Shown here: positions 13,350 to 28,189 of the stretch, in pieces
How the letters are laid out: each line of letters opens with the position of its first letter
Position numbering within the stretch: the stretch's first letter is position 1
Assembly: GCF_030144855.1 (NCBI RefSeq)
Contig: NC_082730.1
Span: 14,198,001-14,262,000, forward strand
DNA from: Hypanus sabinus
Taxonomy: Eukaryota
Length of the DNA: 64,000 bases
Reading direction: 5' to 3'
The notes under the pieces: model-generated
Databases searched by the model: none
Seen by the model: only the letters and a program-made list of their open reading frames with translations
Told to the model about the DNA's origin: nothing
Program-made: the position numbers and the translations under genes

Positions 13350-14600
13350 CTGGGGTAGGACTGGCAGCTCAATATTCTGGAGTTCCATTGTTTTCATTCC
13401 TTCAGAGCAGTAGGGATTAAATGAGGAGGTGTGACATTACATGTCAAGGAAAATGTCACGGCAGTCCTAACAAAGTCCTAACGAGAGACGATGCAATACT
13501 TGATCTGCTGTTAGAGAATGATGCAGGGGAGGACACCAATTAATGTAGGGGAATAGTTTGCATCTAGTGATAACAATGTCATCAGTTTCAAAGAAAATAT
13601 ACAGAAAGATGGTCTAGTACGCAGACTGAGTTTCTAAATCAGAAAAAGGCCATTTTTGTTGGTATCAGAGGATGCAAGGATAGCCAAAGTTGTTATGATA
13701 TTTAAACAGTGCTGTAAAAATAATCCAAGAAATTAGAGGTCAATGATCCTGACACCAATAGTAGGAAAGTAATTAGAAGATATTCTAAAGAACTGGAAGC
13801 ATGAGTATTTGGTTAGATGTGGACTGATTAGATTTAGTCAGTGTGGGCTCGTGCATGGTAGGTCATGTCTAACCAATCTTATAGAATTTTGCTAGGAAGT
13901 TACCAGGAAAGTTGATGAAGGCAAGGCAGACAATGTTGCTACATGGACTTTAGCAAAGCATTTGACAAGGTCCCACATGGGAAGTTCATCAAAAAGTTTC
14001 ATTTGATTGGCATTCAAGATGAGGTAGTAAACTGTATTAGTTCTTGGCTTTGTGGGAGAAGTGAGAGAGTGATATTGATGGTTGCGTCTCTTACTGAAGG
14101 TCTATGACTCATGGAATGGCACAGGTTTCAGTGCTGGGTGGTTTATGTTTGTCTTTTCTATCAAAAATCTGGATGACAGTGTGGTTCACTGGATCAACAA
14201 ATTTGCGGATGACACCAAGATTGGGGGGGGGGGATTGGTAGTGGATACCTGGGAAGACTATCCTGGCTTGGAGCAGGTTGTGAAACAGCTGGATAAATCG
14301 GTTGAAAAATGGAAGATGGAATTTAATGCAGACAAGTGTGAGGTGTTGCATTTTGGTAGAACCAACCAGAGTAGGTCTTACACAGTGAAAGGTAGGGCAC
14401 TGAGGGATGTGGTAGAACAAAAAGAGCAAAGGTCCATAACTCATTGAAAATGCCATCACAGTTAGATAGGGTCATAATAAAGCTTTCGGCACATTCACCA
14501 TTATAAGTTAAAAAATTCAAAATATTGAGTACAGGAGATGGGATGCTATGTTGAAGTTGAATAAGAAATTGCTAAGGCCTAATTTGGAGTATTGTGTACT
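13350..14600 (+). mobile_element. Degenerate CR1 ORF2 fragment
   Basis: INKFADDTKIGG...WKMEFNADKCEVLHFGRTN. Confidence 0.88.
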
Positions 14601-16039
14601 CATGATGATAAGATTGTGCTCAGCACATATGGTGAATAGTCATCCATTTGATATTATTTAGTACCTGACATTACTTTCCATTGGTCAGTGTCCTTATGAT
14701 CTTCGTGCAGTGACAGCAATTGTGCTCAAAGCGAATAACATTGCGGTATTTTTCTGTGTAATAATATTCCTGAATACAAAAGGAAAGATATGTGTCTATC
14801 CAAAATGAATTCCGCAAATGATAGAAATGCTCAACAGGTCAGCCAACAACTACAGTACAAGGAGAATAACAAAGCTATCAATTCAGGTCAACGTTTTTCA
14901 ATAAAATCATTCCAGTGGAATGTCTTCGTCTGAAGATTATTTGATACCTTTTCCAAAATATTTCCAGCTATTGACACCTTAAGGAGAATCTTGGACCCTG
15001 AACTCACGAGTGAAGTAATATTCTAAATAGAACGAATGGATGCATTTTTCATTGAAACCTGAACTTTATGAAGAAGAATTTTCATTAATATGTTTATAAT
15101 TGTTTATTGAAATAATCAACAGTGAAGGCAGTAATTTGAATCGAACAGAACAGATTTACTGTTTCCTGGTGTATATGAGAAATAAACTATTCTCGGGCTT
15201 CAAGTGGGCACACATATTGATTATAACCAATGCTTCAATGACAAAATCTGTCATCTTCTTCAGAGATGTTGATCCCAGTACCTGAATGGGAGCCCAAGAG
15301 GAGATGTCATCTTGATAAAAGAATTTTGACCAGTTTATGATCATAAAAAGGTAAAAAAATTGATGCTGGGTTTATGCAAGATAACTAGAGAAGATGTCAC
15401 AATATTAAGATCAGTATGGGTGAAGGGTTGAATGTGGATTTCTATTAAACAAAGCCAATATCTTGAAGCATGACAAGATTGTTTTTGATTTCAACTTCAT
15501 TAACTCAATGTCTTAATGACAAGATATTAATTCTGTATGAAAGTTCTACAAAGGGTGATGAACAATGACACTTAATCTTGGTGCAATACTCCCCCAAGGT
15601 CAGTGTGATCTGGGATCATTCTCTTTTTCTCATGGACCAGGCTGTGAGGATCTGATTGATCATGTCTCTGCAAAGGCAAAACTAAAATTACCAGATTGAT
15701 TTACATAAAGAACCATGCAATACTGTCTGATTCTATGTGACTGTGATGTTCACTCACTGCACTGATGCATACACAAGGCTGACCCCTGATATTTTGGGCT
15801 TGGCTTTTCAGTATCCAGTAGATCGGAGGGAGACCTGCAAGGGACTGACTCACTCATGAGGTACCATCAGCTTCACTGATGAGTGGTCAGATGGATGGTT
15901 GACGGTACTATGATGAACAAGGGATTCCACTGATCCTCACACCCAAATGTCATCTGAAAAAATCAAGGCCAGTGTTGTTTAAATAAAAAATGTGGCCAAT
16001 ATAGCTGGGAGTTCTCTTAATGAAACGTTAGTGATTGAT

Positions 16040-16320
16040 CATGAGGAAATCTGCAGATGCTGGAAATTCAAACAACAACACACACAAACTGCTGGTGGAA
16101 CACGTTTTGGGCCAAGACCCTTCATCAGGACTAACCGAAAGAAAAGATAGTAAGAGATTTTGCATTTCCCCTTCCCCCCCACTACTTTCAAATCTCTTAC
16201 TCTCTTTCCTTTCGGTTAGCCCTGACGAAGGGTCTCGGCCTGAAACGTCAACAGCGCTTCTCCCTATAGATGCTGCTTGGCCTGCTGTGTTCCACCAGCA
16301 TTTTGTGTGTGTTGTCATTA
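16040..16320. mobile_element. Inverted pair of Penelope pseudo-LTR fragments
   Basis: ctgcagatgctggaaattc...cccttcatcagg opposite cctgacgaagggtctcggcc...cagcattttgtgtg. Confidence 0.75.
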
Positions 16321-16389
16321 GTGAGTGATCATTGTGTGCATTTGTGTAGTTGGAAGGCATCTGATTTGAAAGCAGTATCTCCATTACTT

Positions 16390-16860
16390 CAAAGTTTAAA
16401 GTATATTTATTGTCAAAGTAGGTATGTCTTCATATATTGCCTGGAGTTTCATTTTAATGTGGGCATTCACAGTAGAACAAGGAAATACAGTAGAATCAAT
16501 GAAAAAAATGCACCCAATCAAAAGACTGACCAACAACCAATGTGCAAAGAAGACAGAGTGCAAAAAAATTTCAATATTTTTCATATATTATTTATCCTGA
16601 AAATGAGTTGTAAAATCCTTCAAAGTGAGTCTGAGTCCATGGGTTGTTGAATCAGTTCAGAGCAGAGGTGAATGAAGTTATCCACCTCAGTCCAGGAATC
16701 TGACGACTGAAGGGCATTAACTAATCCTGAACCTGGATGAGTGGGACCTAAGGTGACTGCACCTCCGATGCAACGGTATTCGTGAGAAGTGAGCCTGGAT
16801 CGTGGGGGTCCCTGATGATGGGTGTTGCTTTCTTGTGGCAGCTTTCCTTGTAAATGTGTT
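16390..16860 (-). mobile_element. Rex1/Babar-like LINE 3' fragment; similar pieces at about 26720-27170 and about 50630-51000
   Basis: Decayed IIxDPxHPG...RF-type C-terminus; LLSLLPSVGRCRSPGAHTTRF at 50873-51136; recurrent aaagttcaaagt tail. Confidence 0.55.
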
Positions 16861-16879
16861 TTTAAGAATTATGCTTTAA

Positions 16880-19800
16880 CATTTGGTTTTCTCATAATAG
16901 ACCCTATCGTATCCACCTCCTCCACCATTGCTGGCACCCCATTCCACACATTCCCCACTTTCTGAGTAAAAAACTAAGCCCTGACATCTCCTCTGCACCT
17001 ACTCCCCAGCACCTTAAACCTGTGTACTCTTGTGGCAACCATTTCAGCCCTGGGAAAAAGCCTCTGACTAACCACATGATCAATGCCTCTCATCATCTTA
17101 TATATCTCTATCAGGTCACCTCTCATCCTCCTTCACTCCAAGGAGGAAAGGCCAAGTTCACTCAACTTATTCTCATTAGGCATGCTCCCCAATCCAGGCA
17201 ACATCCTTGTAAATCTCCTCTGCACCCTTTCTATGGCTTCCACATCCTTCCAGTAGTGAGGTGAACAGAACTGAGCACGATACTCCAAGTGGGGTTTGGC
17301 CAGGGTCCTATATAACTGCAAAATTACCTCTTGGCTCCTAAATTCAATTCTATGATTGATGAAGGACAATACACCGTACGCCTTCTTAACCACATAGTCA
17401 ACCTGCGCAGCTGCTTTAAGAGTCCTATGGACTCAGACCCCAAGATCCCTCTGATCCTCTACACTGCCAAGAGTCTGACCATTAATACTATATTCTGCTA
17501 TCATACTAGATCTACCAAAATGAATTACTTCACATTTCTCTGGGTTGAACTCCATCTGCCACTTCTCATCTTATCGATGTCCTGCCCTATCCTTTGGCAG
17601 CCCTCCACACTATCCACAACACCTCCTACCTTTGTGTCATCAGCAAAATTGCTAATCCATCCCTCAACTTCCTCATCCAGGTCATATATAAAAAGCAGGA
17701 TGAGTAAGGATCCCAGAACAGATCCCTGAGGCACCCCACTGGTGACAAACTTCCATGCAGAGTCTGACCCTTCTACAACCACTCTTTGCCTTCTGTGGGC
17801 AAGTCAGTTCTAGATCCACAAAGCAATGTGCCTTTGGATCCCATGCCTCCTTATTTTCTCAATAAGCCTTGAATGTGGTATCTGATCAAATGCCTTGCTG
17901 AAATCCATATACGCTACATCTACTATTCTTCCTTCATCAATGTTTTTAATAACATCCTCAGAAATTTCAATCAGGATGGTAAGGCATAACCTGCATTTGA
18001 CAAAGCCATGCTGACTATTCCTAATTATATAATGCCTCTCCAAATGTTCATAAATCCTGCCTCTCAGGATCTTCTCCTTCAACTTACCAACCACTGAGAT
18101 AAGACTCACTGGTCAAAAATTTCCTGGGCTAACTCTGCTCCCTTTCTTGAATAAAGGAACAACATCCGCAAACACCAATCCTCCAGAACCGCTCCCATCC
18201 ATATTGATGATGTGAAAATTATCGCCAGAGGCTCAGCAATCTCCTCCCTCACCTCCCACAGTATCTTGGGGTACATTTCTTCCACTCCCAGCGAACTACC
18301 CAACTTGATGTTTTCCCTAAGCTCCAGCACATCCTCTTTCTTAATATCTACATGCTCAATCTTTTCAGTCTGCTGCAAGTCAACACTACAATCACCAAAC
18401 AGGAGGAAATCTGCAGATGCTGGAAATTCAAACAAGAACACACACAAAATGCTGGTGGAAAACAGCAGACCACAGCATCTACAAGAAGAAGCACTGTTGA
18501 TGTTTTGGGCCGAGACCCTTCATCAAGACACTATCACTACAATCACCAAGAACCTTTTCCATAGGGAATACTGAAGTAAAGCATTCATTAAGTACCTCTG
18601 CTATTTCCTCCAGTTCCATACACACTTTCCCACTGTCACATTTGTTAGGTCCTACTCTTTCACATCTTAACCTCTTGCTCATTACATAATTATAGAATGC
18701 CTTGGTGTTTTCATTAATCCTGCCCGCCAAGGCCTTCTCATGGCCCCTTCTGGCTCTCCTCATTTCCTTCTTAACCTACTTCCTGGTAGCCTCATAATCT
18801 TCTAGATCTCTAACATTACCTAGATTTTGTAAGCTTTATTTTTCTTCTTGACTAGATTTATTACAGCCTTTGTACACCATGGTTCCTGTACCCTGCCATA
18901 ACTACACTGTCTCATTGGAACGTACCTATAGAGATCTCTACACAAATATTCCCTGAATATTTGCCACATTTCTTCCGTACTTTTCCCTGAGAACATCTGT
19001 TTCCAAATTAAGCCTCCAATTTCTTGTCTGATAGCCTCATAATTCCCCTTACTCCAATTAAACACTTTTCTAACGTCTGTTCCTATCTCTCTCCAATACT
19101 ATTGTAATGAAGATAGAATTATGATCACTATCTCTAAAATGCTCTCCCACTGCGAGATCTGACACCTGACCAGGTTCATTTCTCAATACCAAATCAAGTA
19201 CAGCCTCTCCTCTTGTAGGCTTATTTACATACTGTGTCACGGAACCTCCCTGAACACACATAACAAACTCCACCCCATCTAAACCCCTTGCTCTCGGGAG
19301 ATGCCAATCGATATTTGGGAAATTAAAGTCTCCCATCACGACAACTCTGTTATTAATATACATTTCCAGGATCTGTTTCCCTATCTGCTTCTCGCTATCC
19401 CTGTTACTACTGGGCGGCTGATAAACAACACAGAGTAAACTTATTGACCCCTTCCTGTTCCTACCCTCCACCCACAGAGACTCGGTAGACAATCCTTCCA
19501 TGGCGTCCACCATTTCTGCGGCCGTGACACTATTTCTGATCAACAGTGCCACGCCCCCACCTAATTTGCTTTTTTTTCCTGTCCATTCTGAAACTTCTAA
19601 AACCAGGCACTTGAACTAGCCATTCCTGTCCCTGAGCCATCTAAGTCTCTAAAATGGCCACCACATCATATCTCCAAGTACTGATCCATGCTTTAAGCTC
19701 ATCTGCTTTGTTCACAACACTCCTTGTGTTAAAATAGATGCATCTCAAACCTTCGGTCTGAGCACATCCATTCTCTATCACCTGCCTATCCTCCCTCTTA

Positions 19801-20400
19801 CACTGTCTAAAAGTGTTCTCTATTTGTGAGCCAACCTCCTCTTCCACATTCTCTTCAATTTGGTTCCCACCCCCCAACAATTCTAGTTTGAACTCTTCCC
19901 AGTAGCCTTAGCAAATTTCCCCACCACGATATTGGACCCCTGGGATTCCAGTGCAACCCGTTCTTTCTGTACAGGTCACACCTGCCCCAAAAGAGGTCCC
20001 AATGATACAGAAATCTGAATCCCTGCCCCTACTCCAATCCCTCAGTCAGACATTTATCCTCCACCTCATTCTAATCCTATTCTCGCTGTTGTTTGGCACA
20101 GGCAGCAATCCCAAGATTATTACCTTTGCGATCCTGCTTCTCAACTTCCTTCCTAACTCTTTGTAGGCTCTTTTCAGGACCTCTTCCCTTTTCCTACCTA
20201 TGTCATTGATATCAATGTTTACCACAATCTCTAGCTGTTCTCCCTCCCTCTGCAGGATAATCTGGACCCTGGCACCTAGGAGCCAAACTACCATGCAAGT
20301 TTCTTTCCTGCATCCACAGTTCATGTACAGTTTATGTTTGTTGTCCGAACTGTTTCCTGTAGAAAGGAATTCAGCAGTTTTTTTCAAAGACCTTCCCACT
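16880..20400 (-). mobile_element. Long CR1 LINE (ORF1 SGNH esterase remnant, APE, RT), degenerate
   Basis: EIVVNIDINDIGRK (ORF1); VVMGDFNFPNIDW and LDLVLRNEPGQV (APE); [28 protein letters not shown] (RT). Confidence 0.93.
18399..18534 (+). mobile_element. Short Penelope-derived insertion within CR1
   Basis: Flanked by a 15-bp direct repeat cactacaatcaccaa (18384-18398, 18535-18549). Confidence 0.8.
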
Positions 20401-20699
20401 CTGCTGAACCTGCTCAAACAGTGGGACATCCCAATTGCTGCAGGGACCTGCCCAAAACCAGAAACTCAGTCGACCAGGCGACCAGAAAACCAGATCAGCA
20501 GACCAGAAAAATAGCCAGTTGACATTTTGGATGCGACCCTTCAATGGGAAGGTTCAAAACCACCAGTTGGACTTCTAATGTCTGAAGCGTCACTGCCCAC
20601 TCTCACCTGAATAACTTTAATTTTAAATTTAATTTTATTCAGAAATATAGCACATTAAGAGGCCCATCTGTCCGAACACGAATCAACTGCCTAATTAAC

Positions 20700-23600
20700 C
20701 TTTCTTTTCTCTTCTCAATCATTTTATTGATTTAAAAAGAAGTGTGTATACAAACTGGAGAAGAATATCTCTGGTATTTATGTCAATAACAGTACATACA
20801 GAAGGTGAAATAAATAATATCAGCATCACACATAGTGTTTACCTACAAAGTATAAATTTGACATAGGATGTGCAATTCTCCTCTTATCAATTTATGAAGA
20901 AAGGAAGGACTATTCAAAATTTTTATATAAAAGAAAAGAGAAAAAAACTATTCTACAGAGTGAAAAAAAGGACTGGTCAGTCCATCCTGAGAGAAAAACC
21001 AAGAGAATAGAGACTCTCTGATCAAATCCAAGGTTCTGAAAAAATAGCTGGAAGAGAATCAGTACGAAAATCAGATCATATGAAAATACTGAATATAAGG
21101 TCACCAGATTTCTTCAAATTTAAAAGATGTATCCAATGTCTGACTTCTTATTCTCTCTAGACTTAAACAGGACATGATAGATGAAAGCCAATAAAAGGCG
21201 GTAGAAGGGTTAGGGTCCTTCCATTTAAGTAAAATGGCTTTCCTAGCAAATAAGGTTGAAAAGGCTATCATCCGCTGAGTGGAAGCAGGAACATATCTAG
21301 CTTCCGATGAAGTAATCCCAAAACCAGCTGTAAATAAGTTTGGTTGTAAATCCAGATCCAGCACTTTAGATAAGGTTTTAAAAACATCTTTCCAAAAAAT
21401 CTCCAACTTTATGCAAGACCAAAGCATGTGAGTTAAGGTGGCCACCTGAGTATTACATCTACCACAGATAGGATTAATATTGGAAAAAATATGTGCAAAT
21501 TTATTGTTTGACATATGTGCCCAATACACTACCCTGAACTGTATCAATGAATGATGGGCACAAATAGATGAAGTATTTACCAGATGAAAAATTTTACTCC
21601 ATTGATTATCTGAAAGTAACTCCTGAAATTCCACAAGTACAAACAAGCTGCATGAACTCAGCAGGTCGGGCAGCATCCACTGAAACAAGCAGTCAACGTT
21701 TCGGGCCGAGACCCTTTGTCAGGACTGAAGAAAGAGGGGGCAGGGGCGAGGCTTTAATTTTACTGTTAGATATCATTTGTAAATTCAATGACCATTTATA
21801 AATTGTAGCTATTGATCCTTTTTGGAGTGGTTTAACCTGGAAGAGGATATCTATTATTTTAGATGGATAAGTGGTTGGATAACTTGGAAGCAAGGTGCGT
21901 AAAAAATTCCTAATTTGTAAATATCTAAAAAAGTGTACATTGGATAAATCAAATGTATCTGCTAGCTAAGTAAAGACATCAAACAATCCCCTATAAACAA
22001 ATCCAAAAAAGTTATTATTCCTTTGGTTTTCCAAATTAAAAAAGCCTGATCTGAAATTGATGGCTTAAAAATAGTTACGATATATTTTAATAGAAAGGAC
22101 AAAATTATTTAATTCAAAAAATCTGTGAAACTGAAACCAAATTCTTAATGTATGTTTAATAATAGGATTGAGGTCTTGTCTACCAAACTTAGAGAGCAGG
22201 AAAGGAAGAGGGTCTCCCAGCAAAGAGGCCAATGAATACCCCTTCACCGAGTTTTTCTCCAATTCCACCCGTAAAGGACAGTCATATATGTCTGAATAAT
22301 GAATCCAACAGGGAATATATTGATTATTAATTGCCCAATAGTACAGTCTAAGATTTGGCAAAGCCATACCACTATCCTTTTTTAAATTTCTGCAATAAAG
22401 CTTTACTCAATCTAGGATTTTTATTGTTCCAAATATAGGATAAAATTTTAGAGTCTATTCTGTCAAAAAAAAACATTTAGGAACAAATGAAGGAACAGCT
22501 TGAAATATGCATAAGAATTTTGGTAGAACTATCATTTTAAAAGCATTAATTTGACCACTTAATTATAGCATCATAGGAGGCCATTTAGAAAGTGTTTGCT
22601 GGGTAAATCAATTAATGGGAGTAAATTATATTTATACATATCTTTAAAATTCTTAGTAACTTTAATACAAAGATAAGTAAATTGATTTTTAGCAACACTT
22701 AAAGGTAATTGCTTATACCCATTCAGATGATTATCAATAGGAAATAACTCACTTTTGTATAAATTTAACCAATATCCAGAAAAAAACACTAAATTCAGAG
22801 AATATGGATAACATAGAAGGAATAGATTTCTTAGGATCCATAATGTAGACTAACAAGTCATCTGCATGCAACGAAACCTTATGCATTTTATCCCCTTTCT
22901 TAATACCCTGAATACTATTGGAATTCTGAAGAGCAATAGCAAGAGGTTCTAGAGCCAAGTTAAATTACAAAGGACTAAGAGGACAGCCCTGCCGGGTACC
23001 TCTGTATAGTCTAAAATAGGGAGATTTTTGATTGTTAGTTATAGCCACAGCCATAGAAGCTTGATAGATCAATTTGATCCAGGAAATGAAACCCAGACCA
23101 AAATTAAAGTTTTCTAAAATTTCAAATGAATAAAACCCATTTCACCCTATTAAAGGCTTTCTCTGCATCAAGGAAAACAATACATTTAGGTTCTTTGGAT
23201 GGAGAGGAATAAATAATGTTCCATAGTCTCTGAATATTAAAGTATGAATATCTATTCTTGTTAAATCCAGTTTGATCATTAGAGATAATTTCAGGTTAAA
23301 TATTCTCAATCCTAATAGTCAAATTTTTAGAAAGAATTTTAGAATCCACATTTAGTAAAGAAGTTGGTCTGTAAGAGGCACATTCAGATAAATCTTCTCC
23401 TTTTTTAGGAATTAGTGAAATTAATGCCTCATAAAAAGTTTTTGGGAGAGTCCCAGAGGATATAGAATCAATGAAAACTTGACATAAATGAGGTGTAAGT
23501 ATCTCAATAAACGTCTTAAAAAATTCCACTGTATATCCATCTGGTCCCGGAACCTTACCTGATTGAAGAGAGGATATAACCCTTGTTATTTCCTCCTGTT

Positions 23601-26540
23601 TAATAGGCACATCTAATGTATTCATATCTTGAGTAGAAATTTTAGGTATATTCAGCTTTTGCAAAAATCTATTCATTGAAGTAGTATTGTCTGAAAAGTC
23701 AGATTTGTAAAGGTTAAGAGTAGAAATCCAGAAATACATTATTAATTTCCTGACCATCTGACGTTTCAATTCTATCAGCTCTTCATATTTTCAAAATCTG
23801 TCTTCTGGCCATATCTGCTTTTAATTGAGCTGCCAACAATTTGCCAGATTTATCTCCATGTATATAAAATGACTTTTAGGTTTAAGAAGTTGCTGCTCAA
23901 CAGGAAAAGTCAAAAGCAGATCAAGCTGTGTTTGAAGTCACATCCTTTCCTTATAAAGGTCTTCACTAGGCATTACTGAATAAACTTTATCTATTTCTTT
24001 TATCCTGTTAGTAATCACTAAAAATTCCATTTTGATTTTCCTTCTTAAACCTACTGCATGTGAAAGTATCTGTCCCCTGAGAAAACATTTCAACGTATCC
24101 CAAATATCCAAATTTGCCATTCCCTCAGTTGTACTTAATTCAAAAAATAAAGGAATTTGTTCTTTAATAAAACTTACAAAAGCCAAGTCCTGTAATAATG
24201 TAGTACTAAATCTCAACTGAGAAGAATTTAAGATGTTTTCAGGAAATCTAAATGTTAATTTCATGGGTGCACAGTCTGACAATGTGATGACATCATATGT
24301 CAGCAACAAAGGGAACTAATTGTGTGCCTGGCAAAAAATAATCAATTCTTGAGTATTTATGATAGACACGTGAAAAGAAAGAAAAGTCCCTATCTTTAGG
24401 ATGTATAAATCTCCAGATATCAACCAAACCGTATTCCAATAAAAAAGAGTTAATACAAGTAGCAGCTTTATTAGGAAGCAGCGGATTGGTTGATGACCTT
24501 TCAATCAAAGGATTTAAACAACAATTGAAGTCACTGCTCATAATCGACTTGTGTTCATTAAAATTTGGCAATGCAGAAAATAGTTTTTTAAAGAATTCAG
24601 GACTATCTATAATTAGGTACATAAACACACACTAGAACCACCTTTTGACCACACAACAGACCAGCAACAATTAAATATCTTCCAATTTAATCAGGAACAG
24701 TATTAAAATATATGAAAGGGATTTTAGATTTAATGAAAATAGATACCACTCTATTTTAGTTACTGACAAAAAATGAAATTGATAAATTCTTCGAAATTAA
24801 AAAAAATGATTTTCATCTTCCCTATGAATATGGGTGTCCCGCGCAAAAATAATATTACCCTGAAATGTTTTTAATTTCTTAAAGATCTTTTTCCGCTTAA
24901 TAGGTTGGTTCATATTGTTCAAATTTCAAGATACTATATTAATTTTATTAACATCCGTACTTATATTTCAATATAAGATTTTGGAATGTAAGTTATTGCA
25001 TAAGCACAAATCAAATCTTCCAGGTAAAACAGAGCATGAACTTGATCAAACATTTTTAAAAAAATGTAACATGATTGTCAGAAAAACCTCTCAAGATTGC
25101 CCAGTCAGAAAACAGCTAATCTAGTAAACTCACCCCCTCGCCCCAAAGCATGAAATCCGTCCAATAGGCGGACATCATGCTAAACAATTATCCCCTAACC
25201 CCTGTCTCCGATTGGCAGGCTCTTCTCAGACAGTTATGTATTAATACCACTAGCTCAAGACAAAACAGAAAATAAATGAAGTAAACAATTTCAAATATTT
25301 TGATATTATGTCTAACAAAGGTTAGAACCTAACTAACATCAGCCTTCTTAAATTCATTTAAAACAAGTTATTCTTATATTCAAGAAAAAATAAATCCAAC
25401 CAATTAACGTGTTGTGGCTAGTGCTAGCCACTTACAAGTCAATAAAAAAGTAAGTAAATATGTGTATATTAAATCCAAAACTATATTAAGTATTAAAGTA
25501 TTTCTCATTTCAACAACTCCCAGCTAAGGATTAATTGTTCAAGTTACTTGCAAGATGGATTGAACTCCTTTATGAAAGTCCAACCCTCTTCTGGAGAATC
25601 AATCCATTTGGGGCGATCATTAGGTGGAGAGGTTATTCGACAAGCCGGGAAGTGCATAGAAGGACAACAATTATTTTTATACAGTTCAGCCATCACTTCC
25701 CAATATTTAACTCTTTCAGCATAAACCTCTTGAGCAAAATCTTCAATTATATGAATGGCTGCCCCATTAAAGATTAGCTTCCCTCGCTTCCTTGCATCTT
25801 GGAGAAAATTCTTCTTTGGCTGTAAAATAATGTGGGCATAGTATCAGATGGCAATGTTTCATCCCAGGTGAAGGCTTTGGATGGAGAGAATGATGAGCCC
25901 TATCTCTCATCAAAGGGGCTTCAAGTATCTCACTAAAAAGTGAATGTAACATATCTGTAAAATATTTTAATGGCTCACCGGATTCTGTATTTTCAGGCAA
26001 ACCCAGTATGCATAAATTCATCCTGTGTTTTCTACTTTCCAGATCAACTGTTTTCTACTTAATTCTCAATATTTCCGAAGTAGCATCAATCACTTTCTTT
26101 TCCATAGTTGATACCTTTAATTCTTGATCTTTACTAACTTCATTCATTGCCCCCTGTTCTCTTTTAATTCTGCTGGTAGTCTTCTTGAGCACCTCAAATT
26201 GGATTTCCAGATTGCCACAAGATTCCTGGCTAACAGAAATAATTTTTTCAAAATTTTCATTTGCCTTCACCAGGCTATCAATCTTGGTATTGATATCTTT
26301 CATTAAAGAGAGCATTCTGTCTGACGTAAGGACTTCTGCTGATTGCTCTGTTGGGTCAGTTTCAGCAACGGTTTTTCCAGCTTTTATTTTGATCCCTGCC
26401 AGCATAATTAAATCACAAAACCTTCAGTAAAAGTAATAGATCTTCAAACCTTAAATGGATCTAGCAGTCTGAAGTAGGTTATCAAAGTTACAAGCAGTGC
26501 ACACGCATCCTACTCCATGGACTGTCAATGGGAGTCTCCC
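20700..26540 (-). mobile_element. Near full-length decayed L1-clade LINE (ORF1, spacer, ORF2 APE-RT-Cys)
   Basis: ORF1 coiled coil plus NLCILGLPE...DRAHHSL; APE DFNC...LVDIWR...SRIDYFL; RT KVPGPDG, RQGCPLSP, LHADDLL; C-terminal CGRC...HMLWSC; AATAAA near 20725; many frameshifts. Confidence 0.93.
21630..21755 (+). mobile_element. Penelope pseudo-LTR fragment inserted in L1 ORF2
   Basis: gaactcagcaggtcgggcagcatc...gtttcgggccgagaccc. Confidence 0.8.
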
Positions 26541-26544
26541 GTAA

Positions 26545-26710
26545 TTAGCCTACTAACCTGTGGGTCCTGGGAATGTGGGAGGAAACTGGAGTACCCAGAG
26601 GAAACCCACATGTTCATGAAGAGATTGTATCAGCTCCTTACAGACAATAATGGGACTTGAACATGGATCACTGGTTCAGTCATAGTGTTACGCTAATTGC
26701 TACATGCCAA
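26545..26710 (-). mobile_element. HE1/V-SINE-like tRNA-derived SINE
   Basis: Reverse complement contains gggtttcctctgggtactccagtttcctcccaca, the V-SINE core. Confidence 0.7.
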
Positions 26711-28189
26711 AAGAAACATCAGCAGAGCACAGACTGTTCAAACCCATCAGGTGCTTCCCTGATGTTGACCATTCCTGATGTTGGCTCTGCCACTTGTATG
26801 CTGCATGTTGGCTACAGAGATCCCCATGGCAGACTGCACAGACACACACCCGCCTCTCTGATGGGCAGGGTACAGAGCACCGGTGGGACTTATAATGGGA
26901 GAAAACTGTAGACATGAGTGGGGCCTAGGTCCTGCTTGTGAGTAGGGCTTGGTCGCATTGTCCAGGTTTGTTCTGGTGGCTGGGGTTTCTGAGCCTTGGA
27001 TATCAGAGGTGTTCCCATGGGCAGGTCTTGTTCGAATGGGATGGATTTCAAAGTTCAAAATAAATATAGTATCAAAGTACATATATGTCACCACACACAA
27101 CCCTGAGCTTAATTTTCTCATAGCTATTCTGTAAGAATCACTAGTGAATTCAAGTGCTGAAAACACAGTGACTTCAGCAACTCAACCAAAACAAAAGTTT
27201 TATTATAGAAATTAAACAGCAAAACTACCAAGAATTTGAAGAACTGAATTCACTCACAATACACACAAGAACTCAGTTTGAGTTTCATCAGCCAAGGATC
27301 CACAATGACAGAGCAAAGAGAGATTGGCATTCACCCCAAAAATACACCCTGAGCACACTGGAACTCAGTGCCAATCGAACAACATAGGTGTCCAGATGAA
27401 ACAATAATCCCCAAAGACAAAAAGTACAATGCAAAATATTCACAATACCATTCTACTTAAATTATCTCAAATTTAATAAAAGTGATGAATACAAAGAAAG
27501 CTTAAAAATCCCCATGATGCTAAATGAGACACCTGGATAACAAAGTAAAAAATGCGGAACAAGTCCAAAGACAAACAATTAGTCATAAAGGTAAACAATC
27601 AAAGGACACCCCACATCCACGAGGTTAAACCCAGAAAACACAGTCCACATTACAAATGAAAAAAAAACTCTTCCTCTTCTTCATAAAAAACTCCTGGTCA
27701 TGACACATTCACAGTAAATACAAAGAAACACCACACAGTCAATGCAAAATCATACCCAACGTAGACAAACAACCAAAGTGCAAAATGCAACAAGCTGAGA
27801 CAATAGAAAAACAAATAATAACAATAAATAAGTCAGCGATAAATATCGAGAAAATGAGACGAAGTATCCTTGAACATATCTCCATCAGTTGTGGGAGCAG
27901 TTCATTGTTGGGATGAGTAAAACTGAGTGAAATTTCCCCATGTCAATTTACTTAATCAGTCTGCAACTGAACGAGTTCCAAGTTAAGTTACGGACTTTAC
28001 TTCAGCCCCATGCAGCACCCTGGTGTGTGTGTGAGCTTGGAGACACCTAAGCACAACTGCCTGACATTGCCCCAGCGGAGAGGCTCAGGAAAGCCTGGCA
28101 AGGCAGAACATGTCCTGAATTTTGTGTAAACTGCAAGTAAGTTCTTTGGACGATTGCCAATTGAAGCAATCCCCATCCATTGAACATAG

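Noticed and set aside
14600-15960. Largely unique-looking stretch examined for hidden Ig or other exons
   Set aside because: No open exon with credible splice sites or motifs found by eye; only a probable Penelope terminus near 15190-15300.
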